64,000 nucleotides of DNA from contig CAWHTR010000003.1 in assembly GCA_963832325.1 (NCBI GenBank), forward strand, positions 6,546 to 70,545. Reading direction: 5' to 3'. The position numbers and the translations under genes are program-made. Each line of letters opens with the position of its first letter. The stretch's first letter is position 1. The DNA comes from an uncultured Verrucomicrobiae bacterium (GTDB lineage: Bacteria > Verrucomicrobiota > Verrucomicrobiia > Chthoniobacterales > JAATET01). This document shows positions 10,533 through 20,817 of this stretch, in pieces. The notes under the pieces are model-generated. The model had not been told where the DNA came from and searched no databases. It saw nothing but the letters and a program-made list of their open reading frames with translations.

Positions 10533-12311
10533 CTAATGAGTCGCTAACATCGCGCGCTCGACGACCTCGCGGCGGGAAGAACTCTGCGCGATGGCTGCAT
10601 GCAGCACAATAAGAAGTGGCCAAGAGCGACAGTAACTATAAAATAGCTCTGTTGCTTGGCTGTGGCCCATTGCGAGGTTCGCGTGCAGCGAAGAGCTGTC
10701 TGCACCGGATGTGACGAGGCTCAATACTTGGTCGAGGTATTCGTCTGAGAAGACTCGGGAATCGCGCACCGGAGTCAAGATTTCGTGATCGCGCAGAAAC
10801 CGATAGCGTGCGATAAGACAAATGACTGGCCACCACGAGGCGAATGAATGCCGCGGCAGATGCGTCGTCGAGCGAACGCCAGCCCGCAACATCTTCGAGT
10901 TCAGCTTCGAGACGAGAAACCCTCTGGTCTTATCCGAATTTGCTCGCGTCTGACGTTCCACTCCCAGCAGTTCGAACAAAGTTTTTTGCTTCGAGACACC
11001 TCTCAAAACAAGACTCTGCAACCACCGTTTCGTGAATTCCAGTTCTTCCGGGTAAAAGAATACGTGTAGCGGCAAATCGATCTCATTTTGGCTCGCGACC
11101 TTCGTCGACGGGATTGTGAGATCCAGGAAAGGTCCCTCTTCTGTCAGAGAGTCAATTTTGACATCGATCAAATCGCAAGCCCTGCGGCCACAGCGGGCCA
11201 TCACAATCAACATGAACCTGAGTCCACATTCCTCGTCGGCATCAACGGGTGGAAACGGCATTCTCAGGCCAAAGTGCGAATCGATCGCATCCGGCGAAGA
11301 AAGTTCCATTCTTCGAACCGGCTGCGGATCAAGCATTGAGAACATCGGCACAGCGCGATTTATAATTTCGGGTGGCAGCAAACCGTGCCCTAGTTTCCTC
11401 AGCATCTTGAATGCCTCACTCTCGACGGGTCCAACGTATTTTGGACGAACCCCATTCACAGCCGCTTCCGCGACAATTGGCAAGGCTTGGTAGATCCGTT
11501 CCTGGGACCGAGGAAGTCCAGATCGGTATTTCCCAAGCAAATCGCGCACGACAATCTTGCAAACAGTGTATTCGATTCCGGTCGCCAAACGAGCTGGAGC
11601 GGTGAAATCTTCTTCAGAAACGCCGATTCTCTCCGTCCTCGCGCGTTTCAAAACCCGAAGAATCTTGCCGAGCTTTGGATACTTTGATTCGCGTTGATTG
11701 CGAGGCGTATTCCTTCCTACGCTGAGTTCAAGCGACTCAAGATCGATGTTTGTTGGCCACGCCACATCGAGGGACCAGTTTAGTGCGGCAATCAAAGCGG
11801 GCGGGTGTTGGAGAGGAAGGATGCTCTCAAACGCGTCAAACAGCCGACCAACTGTCAGTTTCTCCGGCAAAGGCTGTTCAAGCTCGTCACCAAACGCACG
11901 TCGGAATGCGCCGGAACGCTCCGTTTGCTTGAGCATCCAGCTAATTGTCCGAAAAATCACTGGGGGTGCATTCAGCCACACGTTGGGACACGTTGTGATG
12001 TATGGTATGTCTCGCTCCGCGTGTCGCGGCATTGGACTTGGACTCATCAGCCATCTGGCGGAAGGATCTCCGGCTGCCTGGGTCAGAACTTCACGAGCCG
12101 CGACAGCACCCACCGGAACTGAAAGGAGTCTGATAAGAATGTATGAGATCGGTCTCTTTACCGGATCATCCGCTTTTGATAACAGCCAAGACTGGATCAG
12201 TTGTCCTTCGTTGCGGAGGTCTGGATCAGAGTAACACACTGACTCGAACCTCCGTCCTTGAAATCTCATAAACGGCAATATGTGGCCAAAATCGACGAAG
12301 CGCGGTCCCAC
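10533..12311 (-). CDS. Large divergent tyrosine recombinase / site-specific integrase
   Basis: CGRRACDL, STK, HLPRHSFA and MGHSQ..LFYSY in the C-terminal half. Confidence 0.75.
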   Translation of the reverse strand: MGPRFVDFGHILPFMRFQGRRFESVCYSDPDLRNEGQLIQSWLLSKADDPVKRPISYILIRLLSVPVGAVAAREVLTQAAGDPSARWLMSPSPMPRHAERDIPYITTCPNVWLNAPPVIFRTISWMLKQTERSGAFRRAFGDELEQPLPEKLTVGRLFDAFESILPLQHPPALIAALNWSLDVAWPTNIDLESLELSVGRNTPRNQRESKYPKLGKILRVLKRARTERIGVSEEDFTAPARLATGIEYTVCKIVVRDLLGKYRSGLPRSQERIYQALPIVAEAAVNGVRPKYVGPVESEAFKMLRKLGHGLLPPEIINRAVPMFSMLDPQPVRRMELSSPDAIDSHFGLRMPFPPVDADEECGLRFMLIVMARCGRRACDLIDVKIDSLTEEGPFLDLTIPSTKVASQNEIDLPLHVFFYPEELEFTKRWLQSLVLRGVSKQKTLFELLGVERQTRANSDKTRGFLVSKLNSKMLRAGVRSTTHLPRHSFASWWPVICLIARYRFLRDHEILTPVRDSRVFSDEYLDQVLSLVTSGADSSSLHANLAMGHSQATELFYSYCRSWPLLIVLHAAIAQSSSRREVVERAMLATH

Positions 12312-13087
12312 AGCCCCTGATCGAAGGACATTTCAAAGCGGCTAAAGTGTAGGGGATCGAGGACCGCACTTCCGTGATCGTGGAGAGCGCGTATTTCCTG
12401 CTCGCTCAGATCGGAATAAAATCTCAGGAAAAAGTTCGAGAAATTCCGCATTGCATTCGGATGAAGTCCACCAAATTCCGTCGTAATTTCGCAGTCAATC
12501 AAACCCCCTATTATTCGGCGCCAGCAGATCGGTAATGCCACGCATACGCCCTTCATCGGCGGCGACAAGAAGAAGTAACTTGAGGTCGTGAGGTGCCCCC
12601 TAACAATTTCAATGCCGGAAGAATGCAATTGCTGTTCCAAGGAAGCCAATTTTGAGTTTGATTTCGTAATAACCTCGACCACGGACTTCGGCCAGACTAC
12701 GAGCCGAACCTGTTTCTCAAAAATCAGATCTCTGTATTGCGCCTTAGTTAAACTTGCAAGGCTCGGAGGCGTCCACGGATAACTCCGCCGAAAGGTGAGC
12801 AGCAAGTCCGCCAAAGCTGTTGTTGCCGCAACTGCATTCCATTCAACGATTGCCACCTCAGGCTCCTGAGCTACATCTTTGGCTACGACGATTTGGTGGG
12901 AGTCAAATATCGCCCGCATGATGGCGGGAGTTGGACAATTGCGTGAACCGCAAATCGGGGCTGAAAAGTGTGGGATTTCCGCCAGACTGCCGAATTTTGC
13001 CAGATACCCTGCTCGCTTTTTTTCAGCAAGATACGGAACGTGCGGCAGATAGCTGCGCCACCCTGTTGATTTAATACGTTCTTCCAT
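12266..13087 (-). CDS. Hypothetical protein with degenerate recombinase-like motifs; possibly the 3' part of a frameshifted gene joined to 13071-14336
   Basis: LHPNAMRNF....IRALHDH; overlaps both neighbouring ORFs. Confidence 0.55.
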   Translation of the reverse strand: MEERIKSTGWRSYLPHVPYLAEKKRAGYLAKFGSLAEIPHFSAPICGSRNCPTPAIMRAIFDSHQIVVAKDVAQEPEVAIVEWNAVAATTALADLLLTFRRSYPWTPPSLASLTKAQYRDLIFEKQVRLVVWPKSVVEVITKSNSKLASLEQQLHSSGIEIVRGHLTTSSYFFLSPPMKGVCVALPICWRRIIGGLIDCEITTEFGGLHPNAMRNFSNFFLRFYSDLSEQEIRALHDHGSAVLDPLHFSRFEMSFDQGLWDRASSILATYCRL

Positions 13088-14336
13088 AGGGATTTAGCCC
13101 GAGTTCAGCCGATAGTGGAGAGTAGCCGAACCACACCGGGGCGTTAAAGCGAAGGCAATAGCGAAGCTTCGCGACAGACGCTTTTGGGTGGATGCTGTGA
13201 ATCCATTTCTGCGCATTGCCCGCCATCTCGTTCCAGGCGGAAGTAGCCCGGTAGTGCTCGAATCGTTCACCGATTGCCGTGGGCACGAGCCTAGCGAACG
13301 TGTTCCCGGATTCAATATGCAGCCCAGGCACCGATGGATCTCCTGTTGTCGAACCAACTGAGGTTTTCAAGACCCAAAACTCCTGATTTAATGGCGTAAG
13401 AACCGCCTCCGATATCTGCCGAGTATGCAAAAACCCCGCTAGGATCATCGCTACGCAGGCCGAACCGTCGCAACTGGGCGCCTTGCACGCAGTCAATATC
13501 GATTCGAATATCGCTCGACCAATGCAGCGAGGCGGCGGCATTGCAGACAACGTAAAAAGCCCTCCCGGTCTGCGGACAGATTGCTGTCGCCGTTTTTCCT
13601 CCAAATTTTCTTCCGCCTCACGCTTCAGGATCCTGTCGTGTGCCGAGGCTGTCGAAAGGATCTCACGCAGAATGACGCATTCAGAACGGCTTTTAGCGCA
13701 CCCATGTCTCAGCCATTTCCGGAAATGCGGGGTTACGGTCGCGGATCGACGAACAATCTCAGGACTCATGGCGTTTTTGTGGACGCGCTTCAAAATTCCA
13801 GGATGACGCTCTTCCAAGGCAAGCAGAGCAATTTTCCTTACCGGCGCGCTGTCTGCCAGCACGCTGAACGCTGGAGCGCGAAGATGCAAGGTCTGCTGCC
13901 AAATGCGATGAACCACCGTGGGGTCCTCAATGCGAGACGTCCCCTCGACTGCTTCGTTTTCACAAAGCTCGCCCAAGACTTCCAACAGGCCGCATATTGT
14001 CACGACAAAGATCGGGTTCCAATTCTCGCAGTCGCAAACATGCGCTCCCAGCGCCTTCGGAATTCGCTGAGTCAAGGCGGAGGGCTGAAAAAGCAGGGGG
14101 CAGATGCCAAGCGCGTATCCGAGCGGATCAATTGTCCGCGAAGGAAGGTCATGAAGCGAAAGCCTGGACATCACCTCGAAGATCTCACCCATCGCCCCGG
14201 GGATCTCTCCACGAACCGCTGCAAGGACCGCAAGTCCCAACAACACCCGTCCCTTGCCACCCGCTAGGCCCGGAACATAAGGGAAACCCAGCAGCGACGA
14301 CTGGATCGTGATTTGCCTATCCGCGCCAGTGTCCAT
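13071..14336 (-). CDS. Hypothetical protein in the integrase operon
   Basis: 421-aa ORF closely coupled to both neighbours; no recognised family. Confidence 0.6.
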   Translation of the reverse strand: MDTGADRQITIQSSLLGFPYVPGLAGGKGRVLLGLAVLAAVRGEIPGAMGEIFEVMSRLSLHDLPSRTIDPLGYALGICPLLFQPSALTQRIPKALGAHVCDCENWNPIFVVTICGLLEVLGELCENEAVEGTSRIEDPTVVHRIWQQTLHLRAPAFSVLADSAPVRKIALLALEERHPGILKRVHKNAMSPEIVRRSATVTPHFRKWLRHGCAKSRSECVILREILSTASAHDRILKREAEENLEEKRRQQSVRRPGGLFTLSAMPPPRCIGRAIFESILTACKAPSCDGSACVAMILAGFLHTRQISEAVLTPLNQEFWVLKTSVGSTTGDPSVPGLHIESGNTFARLVPTAIGERFEHYRATSAWNEMAGNAQKWIHSIHPKASVAKLRYCLRFNAPVWFGYSPLSAELGLNPYGRTY

Positions 14337-14342
14337 GCAATT

Positions 14343-14651
14343 TTAGGATGCCGAACCGTCGAATCGGCGCTTGATGTAATCACTGAATTGCTTTGAAACG
14401 AAAGATTTGAGAACTTGCGCAAGGTCAGGACTAAGTTCGGAACCCAAAGGAGTGCCCAGCAGCTCCCTTTTCCAGGCTTCCGCATCTTTTAACGGAAATT
14501 CAATTCTGAAAGTCTTCGGCTTCCGGCGCTTTGGCTTGTCGGCTGATGCCGCGGGAACCGCTTTATTGTATCCATTTGCCGAATCGGGTTGGGCAAGTTC
14601 GCTGCCTCCAGCGACTTCCCCAATTGCTGTTGCAGGTAATGCATTTTCCAT
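14343..14651 (-). CDS. Small hypothetical protein, possibly ribbon-helix-helix-like
   Basis: First gene of the operon; basic KPKRRKPKTFRIEF followed by predicted helices. Confidence 0.5.
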   Translation of the reverse strand: MENALPATAIGEVAGGSELAQPDSANGYNKAVPAASADKPKRRKPKTFRIEFPLKDAEAWKRELLGTPLGSELSPDLAQVLKSFVSKQFSDYIKRRFDGSAS

Positions 14652-14671
14652 AGGAATGCACTAACGGCCTC

Positions 14672-15715
14672 TTGCGCAGAATCCACAACTGCGATACTCG
14701 AAAGTATGTTCACGTATTTATGGATTTCGCTTTCATGAAGTCTTCAGGTTGGCTAAAACGTCCCGAGCTTTTGAAAGCAGTGGCGACCCGCTCCATTAAT
14801 GGATCGAGCGATCTCGCTCTAGCTCGAGCTTACGGCCTGAATGTGAGCACCGTTTCGCTTTGGCTTAAAAGCCCACAGATTGCTTCCGTGATCGGAAAAT
14901 GCGAATGGACCCGACTTGTTCAGGCCAGAACCAAACGCTTGAAAGGGCGAAACCGTGTTCGACCGGGCATACCTATTTTCGACTACGAGGGCGGTAATCG
15001 TGTTCGTTGCTATATAAAATCTGGGGCAAACCCCGGATCTTGGTATCGCCCGATCTATCAAAACATTGATTCTATCCGTGTAAATGGTTGGCCCGCCGAG
15101 CATCTCCACAGTGTCCTCTACGCTCTCGCATTCTCTAATCTTCCGAAAATACCTTCGGATAAAATTTCAAGCTTCGAACTGGACGTCGTTCGCGTTGAGC
15201 TTCAATTTTCTCATCGGGGTCAATCGAAACGGGACTACGAGAGAATTTTAGAGAAAATTGAGCGATTCGCGAAGTCTAGATTTACACCGGGCGAGCAATC
15301 CAAAACGGTTCAGAGAAACAACAATAGATATTTTAGAACCCTTGCAACGATCATTAATAAGTATCGAGAAACCCCAAGTCACAAAGGACTAGAAATAGCT
15401 TTGATGCAATGGCACCTTGATATCGTCAGGGCGAATACAGCAATTACATTGCCTCGGTGGCTCAACGAGATATGCAATGTTGATAGTAGCAACAATCTCT
15501 CTTCGCCGACGAATCGTTCTTACGAACGATTCGCAAGAATTTTTTGGAGTTACAAAAAAAGTCCCGAAGAAAACTCAAGAACCGCATATATTAATCGCGA
15601 CGGTTCAATTGCACATGTTGAGGCAGAGCGAAGCGGCTTTAATACTTTACTCAAGCTGGAGAGCTATCAGACGGAATCTATGCGTCATATGCTGCAAAAT
15701 GAGGACAATCTATAG
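14672..15715 (+). CDS. Hypothetical protein with an N-terminal HTH-like motif
   Basis: Long AT-richer ORF containing SDLALARAYGLNVSTVSLWLK. Confidence 0.6.
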   Translation: MRRIHNCDTRKYVHVFMDFAFMKSSGWLKRPELLKAVATRSINGSSDLALARAYGLNVSTVSLWLKSPQIASVIGKCEWTRLVQARTKRLKGRNRVRPGIPIFDYEGGNRVRCYIKSGANPGSWYRPIYQNIDSIRVNGWPAEHLHSVLYALAFSNLPKIPSDKISSFELDVVRVELQFSHRGQSKRDYERILEKIERFAKSRFTPGEQSKTVQRNNNRYFRTLATIINKYRETPSHKGLEIALMQWHLDIVRANTAITLPRWLNEICNVDSSNNLSSPTNRSYERFARIFWSYKKSPEENSRTAYINRDGSIAHVEAERSGFNTLLKLESYQTESMRHMLQNEDNL

Positions 15716-16686
15716 ATTCGCCGACGACAAACCTTCGCCCTCTTTCCGAAGGTTTGCCTTTTCGATCAGTCGACCCAATTTGCTGCATCCGCCGTCTTTC
15801 AACTCGCAATTTTATTATCACCGGAAGCTGTTGCTGATTTTCTCAGCGCTCGAACTCCACGAGATTCGTTCCGGGACTATGAAGCCCCTCTTCGCACATG
15901 CGCTCTGTAAGTTGGAGCGCGCGGAGTTGCGCTGCCTCGGTGGCACTTGGTGAACTCTGTCTTGATAAAGCGTTCGCAGGCAATCAAGCGATGTCATGCC
16001 CCGAACGTCGAACATTACTCCGAGCGTGGCATTCAGACTCTGAGACAGAGTGAAATCGTCCGAGATCCGCACTTCGAAGCTGTTCGAGAAAGAGCGTCAG
16101 CACACCTTCGCCAGCTAGATTCTTCAACGTCCACGTCGCCTGGCTGAGGACTTGTCGCTTGACCTGCCAATTTTTGCGTAAGCCCCCCCCGGTTCGATCT
16201 AGAATTCTGCGCCATCCACCCGCGGCTCTTCGATGAAGACACGCGGGGCTCCGCCATCCAGAACTTCAAGAAACGTTCGAAAGCCCCAGAGCGCTTCATT
16301 CGTCGTTCCTGCCTTCTCCGCTGGCCCACCGGGCAAGACTGCTCATATCCCTGTTCTCTCCCATCTGGTGCTCCAACAACAGTTGAAAAGCCATACAGAG
16401 GTGACTGGATCGGCCTGTTGACCACCAACGTGTGCTCCTCGGCACGAACGAATCAAAGCAGAACGGTTTTCAGACTCGTCATAGTGAGGCAGATTTTGAT
16501 CGCCTGGCGTCGGCTCATTTGATGGGTCCGGAGATCGCCGTCTATTTCCAAAACAACCCTCCCACCGATTTTTCACGTCATCCGCACGAGACACGCGTCC
16601 GCGAAGAAATACAGGACAGTATCGGTTCCCTGCAAAATGAGATCGCGAAGCTGGGCTTTTTAAAATTTTATATTGACATTTCGATG

Positions 16687-16710
16687 ATGTAAGCTGACGT
16701 TAGCTTACAT
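16687..16710. promoter_or_regulatory. Palindromic operator overlapping the XRE start codon
   Basis: ATGTAAGCTGACGTTAGCTTACAT is a 24-bp inverted repeat with one mismatched pair; TTGACA lies at 16673-16678. Confidence 0.6.
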
Positions 16711-17077
16711 GAGCGACGAATCAACAGCAACGATGGGACAGCGGCTTCGCGAAATGCGCGAACGCGCAGGCTTCTCGCTGCGCGAGGTGGCCAAGGCCGC
16801 GAGTATATCCGCCCCTTTTCTTTCCGATGTAGAACTGGGCCGCCGCTTCCCAACCAACGAAACCTTAGCCTTGATCGCGCAGAAGCTTCACGCCTCAACG
16901 GAAGACCTAAAGAAGCACGACCACCGGTCCGCGCTCGCCGACTTGAAGCGGTTGGCCGAAGGCAATCCCAGTCTTGCTGCCGCGGTGCGGGACTTGGTTG
17001 ACCAAGTCCAGTCCGGGAGCCTGACTTCTGAACAACTCGCCGCAAAATTACGAGAAGTCGGAGGCTCCAAGAAATAG
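16709..17077 (+). CDS. XRE-family HTH regulator
   Basis: GQRLREMRERAGFSLREVA...ISAPFLSDVELGRRFP. Confidence 0.9.
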   Translation: MSDESTATMGQRLREMRERAGFSLREVAKAASISAPFLSDVELGRRFPTNETLALIAQKLHASTEDLKKHDHRSALADLKRLAEGNPSLAAAVRDLVDQVQSGSLTSEQLAAKLREVGGSKK

Positions 17078-17103
17078 CCGTCTTGGGCGATCCACCCACG
17101 AAC

Positions 17104-17766
17104 ATGACTATTCTCGGCAAAAAATCGAAGGGAGCGCTCCAGACCATCGAGGAGGGCGAACTCACGCACGCGAGCAAGAAGATCGTCCCCTACTCGGTCG
17201 TTCATGGCTGGAATCTCAAATCTTCGTTTGAATGCGACACGCTCTGGAAGCAGGGCTGGGTCGATCTTTTCGAGCGAATCCAGACGACAGAGCCCGACGA
17301 AACCAAGCAGGATGAGATTCTTGCCACCATCTCTACCGAAGACCTACACTGGGACTGGTTTACAAAGGCAATCGAGTCCAGCACCGACGAATATGAATGG
17401 TTCCACCTCTACGCGGATGGAAAACCACAGGCCGCGTGCCTGATTTACCACCCGAGGGCGAGCGCCTTGCAACACGGCGACATCTTCTATGTGAAGTTTG
17501 TCGCAATCGCACCTTGGAATCGCCCTTGCTCCATTCGCGCACGCGAATTCAAGCGACTCGGTGAAGTCATCCTGCGCGCATCGCAGCGGTTTGCCGTGAG
17601 CGAACTCAAGCTACGCCCAGGGTTTTGTCTGCATTCGCTCCCAAAGGCAGAGGGCTTCTACACGAAACTCAAGATGGTCAAAGTAGACGGCAAAGAAGAC
17701 GCGCAGTCGCTTGCCTATTTTGAACTCCCGGAAGCTCTCGCCACCCAGATGATGGAGGTTGCCTGA
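17104..17766 (+). CDS. GNAT-family N-acetyltransferase-like protein
   Basis: HWDW, YVKFVAIAPWNR, FKRLGEVIL and LHSLPKAEGFY.KL GNAT-type motifs. Confidence 0.75.
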   Translation: MTILGKKSKGALQTIEEGELTHASKKIVPYSVVHGWNLKSSFECDTLWKQGWVDLFERIQTTEPDETKQDEILATISTEDLHWDWFTKAIESSTDEYEWFHLYADGKPQAACLIYHPRASALQHGDIFYVKFVAIAPWNRPCSIRAREFKRLGEVILRASQRFAVSELKLRPGFCLHSLPKAEGFYTKLKMVKVDGKEDAQSLAYFELPEALATQMMEVA

Positions 17767-17767
17767 C

Positions 17768-18643
17768 ATGAGCACACCCATCGAAGACTGGGCCGATTTT
17801 ACCCATACAACGAGGACCTCGGAAGACAGCCCGCACGAGTTGTTCGAGCGTTACCGTGAATTCCGACGGTTCATTGCCAGTCTCTCCCGCAAAGAGCTGG
17901 TCGCTCGTCGCTGGCTGAAGTCCGCTGACGACGACTCGCCGCTCGCTACTGCTTTTTTCAATCTTCCCATGGCGAAGCAGCCAACTCTCTTCCGCAAATC
18001 GTCCAACGCTGACGAAAATTTACTGGCGCTGTGGCAGGTCCGAGCGCGATCTGAAGCGGAATACGCCTGCCTGGATCAAGAGATCCCCGCCTTCAAGGGG
18101 CTTGCGAAAAAAGACCTACACGACCTTGCCCGCTTGAGCGTCGATCCGCACGTCGTGCAGCAACTGCCTGCCGCCCTCGCCAAACTCGGAATAATCCTGG
18201 TCTACGTTCACTCTTTGCCTGGAATGATGGCCGATGGCTCCTTCTTCCGCCTGAGCACGAGCCACCCTGTTATCGCAATGAGCTTGCGTTTCTCGCGTGT
18301 CGATTACTTCTGGTTTACGCTTCTTCACGAACTCGCCCACTTGGTCCTCCACAGAGACCAGCTTCAAGACCCCGTTTTCTATGACGTCCAAGCCGACGAA
18401 GAGGACGCCATGGAGAAAGCGGCAAACCGCCTCGCAAAGGATTCTCTGGTGGACCGCAACTCTTGGCGCAATTGCGAACCGAAATACGACACGAGTGAGC
18501 GTGCGGTGTGCGCCTACGCCGAGCAGGAGGGGATTCATCCGGCGATCGTCGCTGGCCTCCTTCGGAAAGAATCCGGCAACTACAAGCTTTACAACCGTCT
18601 TATTCAAGCACACGACGTGCGTAAAATCATCTTCCAGCCATGA
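17768..18643 (+). CDS. ImmA/IrrE-family zinc metallopeptidase (HigA-C-like, no HTH)
   Basis: PVIAMSLRFSRVDYFWFTLLHELAHLVLH (HExxH), E..ANRLA and IHPAIVAG. Confidence 0.85.
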   Translation: MSTPIEDWADFTHTTRTSEDSPHELFERYREFRRFIASLSRKELVARRWLKSADDDSPLATAFFNLPMAKQPTLFRKSSNADENLLALWQVRARSEAEYACLDQEIPAFKGLAKKDLHDLARLSVDPHVVQQLPAALAKLGIILVYVHSLPGMMADGSFFRLSTSHPVIAMSLRFSRVDYFWFTLLHELAHLVLHRDQLQDPVFYDVQADEEDAMEKAANRLAKDSLVDRNSWRNCEPKYDTSERAVCAYAEQEGIHPAIVAGLLRKESGNYKLYNRLIQAHDVRKIIFQP

Positions 18644-19698
18644 TCCGCTACATCCCGTTTTTGAAAGCAAAGCAAAACGAGCTGAAGGCGATGAGCGAAC
18701 TCGCGCCTGAAGTGAAGAGCGCAATATGTCCCTTTTTCGATTTCCCTCGTAAGAAAGTCTACAGCCCCGAGCTGCTTGCCAACACCGCGGACAGGATTGC
18801 CGTAAGCATTAGGCGAAACTGGGGCACCACCACAGAATTCTACTTCGACGACCGGGACGTTGCTCAGCAACTGATCGTCAACGGTAAAGAGCAGTATCTG
18901 TTTATGCTTGAAGCATTCGGTGACGTTCCAGTGATTCCAGTGATTGCGCTAGGTCGGACTCTTCACAATGCCAGCGTCGCCGAGTTGAAGCGCAACTCCG
19001 AGATCGACTCGGCGACGGTAGCATTTCGCGTCGATCCGGAGGACTTCGAAGACTTTGACGCCGTCGCGGACCAGATCGAATACGACCTGAATGCCTCTTT
19101 CGCAGAGTTCGACGAGATCGACTTGATCTTCGACTGTCGGCTTTGCACCGGCTTGAATCCCTCCGACGCCGGGAGGCAAATTGCGACATTCTCGACGAAA
19201 TTTTGCAACGTCTACAATGTCCGCCGGGTGATTGTCAGTGGCTCATCGATCCCGCCTTCGAGCCGCGATCTGCTCAAGACCAATTCGGACTGCACAGTGT
19301 CCCGCCGGGAACTCGCAATCATCACAGAAGCACGTAATCGGTCTGAGGTCGACCTCATCGCCGGTGATTACGTTACGGTCAGCCCGTTCTACTCCGACGC
19401 AGATCTGAATCCCCAGATCATGCAGACAGTCATGACAGCCAGGCTCGCCTACACGTTCGACAGCTCCCACTATTTCATTCGCGGGTCGTCCATGAAGTCT
19501 GCCGGTTTCGAGCAGTATTTTGACCTTGCCGAAACCCTCTGCGGGCACGGCTTTTACCGGGGACCAACCTACTCGCAGGGAGACCGATACCTTTTGGAGA
19601 AAAGTAACCGCTCCGGCAAAAACTGCACTCCAGGAGCTGTGATCAAGCCCTTGGTGGTGGCTCACATCACCTACATGGTGCTGGACGCGAAAGCCTGA
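18640..19698 (+). CDS. Beta family protein (P4 beta-like)
   Basis: YIPFLKAKQNELKAM..L, PFFD, IVSGSSIP, GDY.TVSP and terminal HIT pattern; ATGA overlap with the peptidase gene. Confidence 0.78.
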   Translation: MIRYIPFLKAKQNELKAMSELAPEVKSAICPFFDFPRKKVYSPELLANTADRIAVSIRRNWGTTTEFYFDDRDVAQQLIVNGKEQYLFMLEAFGDVPVIPVIALGRTLHNASVAELKRNSEIDSATVAFRVDPEDFEDFDAVADQIEYDLNASFAEFDEIDLIFDCRLCTGLNPSDAGRQIATFSTKFCNVYNVRRVIVSGSSIPPSSRDLLKTNSDCTVSRRELAIITEARNRSEVDLIAGDYVTVSPFYSDADLNPQIMQTVMTARLAYTFDSSHYFIRGSSMKSAGFEQYFDLAETLCGHGFYRGPTYSQGDRYLLEKSNRSGKNCTPGAVIKPLVVAHITYMVLDAKA

Positions 19699-20249
19699 AA
19701 CCTCAACTGCCGACTGAATAGCGCGTCACAGATTCTCGTGCTGAGTTCCAGTTCTCGCCGGGTTTCGGCGATCAACTGTGCAAGCCGTTTCCGCGGCATT
19801 CGCTTTGTCCCAGTCTCAGGAATCAACTCAAGCATTTCGCTCTTCCAGAGGGTCATTGCGGCAGCCTGTTTCTCAAACTCAGGATTTCGGCGAGCGGTCC
19901 GGGCGTGACGGAATCTAACCGCGTTCCCGTTCTCCATTGCCACCATGAGGCCCCAAAACGGCGGCACCAGCTCCAAACCTCGACGAAGCTTGCACTCGGT
20001 CGTGACTAACGTGATTCGCCGAAACACCGCGTTGTAGTAAGCTCCTTGCGCGGAAATCCGTTCGATGCGATCCGTTGCCCCCTTGATCTCGTAGCAGTGC
20101 GCCTCTGAATGCAAGGTGACTACATCAGCGATCGCCTTCCCGTTGTGAACATGCAACTCCTCAATGACGGCCCGAGGAGGTGACTTCTGACCCGCCAATT
20201 CACGCAGCAGAGCCCCACGAATACGGGCGTCATTGAGAGTAGTCATCAT
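19671..20249 (-). CDS. sce7726-family protein (PD-(D/E)xK-like fold)
   Basis: IEEL, IADVV..HCYEIKG.TD..ERI..Q..YY..VF, P.FWGL and LWKSE. Confidence 0.8.
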   Translation of the reverse strand: MMTTLNDARIRGALLRELAGQKSPPRAVIEELHVHNGKAIADVVTLHSEAHCYEIKGATDRIERISAQGAYYNAVFRRITLVTTECKLRRGLELVPPFWGLMVAMENGNAVRFRHARTARRNPEFEKQAAAMTLWKSEMLELIPETGTKRMPRKRLAQLIAETRRELELSTRICDALFSRQLRFQAFASSTM

Positions 20250-20464
20250 GGTGCGGAATTCATAGCTGCGAAATCACTGTGAGAACAACCTGAACTTCCG
20301 GACACAATCGTCGTGAGCGCCGATTTTTTTATACCTCACTTCGTTCAGGCGGCGAGGAACAGATTCGACGACGTAAGTTGAGATCGCTCAAGACGAAGCC
20401 ATAGACGCGGGCGGTCGCGCCACAGCGGTAGAGCGTCACCATTCGTCCAATGGTCTCCACAACG

Positions 20465-20695
20465 TTACCGCCAAAGCTGCACCCAGACCCAAGGTTGCCA
20501 GCCAAGAGTCCGATAGCCGAGGCCAAGTCGTTCGATCTCGCGCAGCTTCTCATCATCTTGATTCTCGTGGGCGACGACGATCTCCCGCGTCAATCCTGTG
20601 AAGACCGCTTTATCGCGGCGGCAGGTCGCAAGGTCAGGATGAAACCTTCGCTGCAAGCGGCGATAAATCGGTTTCAGTGGATCGATATTCTCCAT
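20465..20695 (-). CDS. Small J-domain-like protein
   Basis: MENIDPLKPIYRRLQRRFHPDL...EIVVAHENQD; the HPD motif follows a basic helix. Confidence 0.55.
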   Translation of the reverse strand: MENIDPLKPIYRRLQRRFHPDLATCRRDKAVFTGLTREIVVAHENQDDEKLREIERLGLGYRTLGWQPWVWVQLWR

Positions 20696-20817
20696 CTTCC
20701 CAAGATACAAACGTTTCAGGATCGTCTGTCCGAAGTCTGAAAGGCTGCGTTTACATCGCGAGAATGCGATTCCAGCGCAGAACTCCGCCCCGGATGAATT
20801 AATTAGAGATGGGAGGT

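Noticed and set aside
15720-16600. Short ORFs between the HTH-like gene and the XRE operon
   Set aside because: Fragmentary, overlapping on both strands and without motifs; probably decayed sequence.
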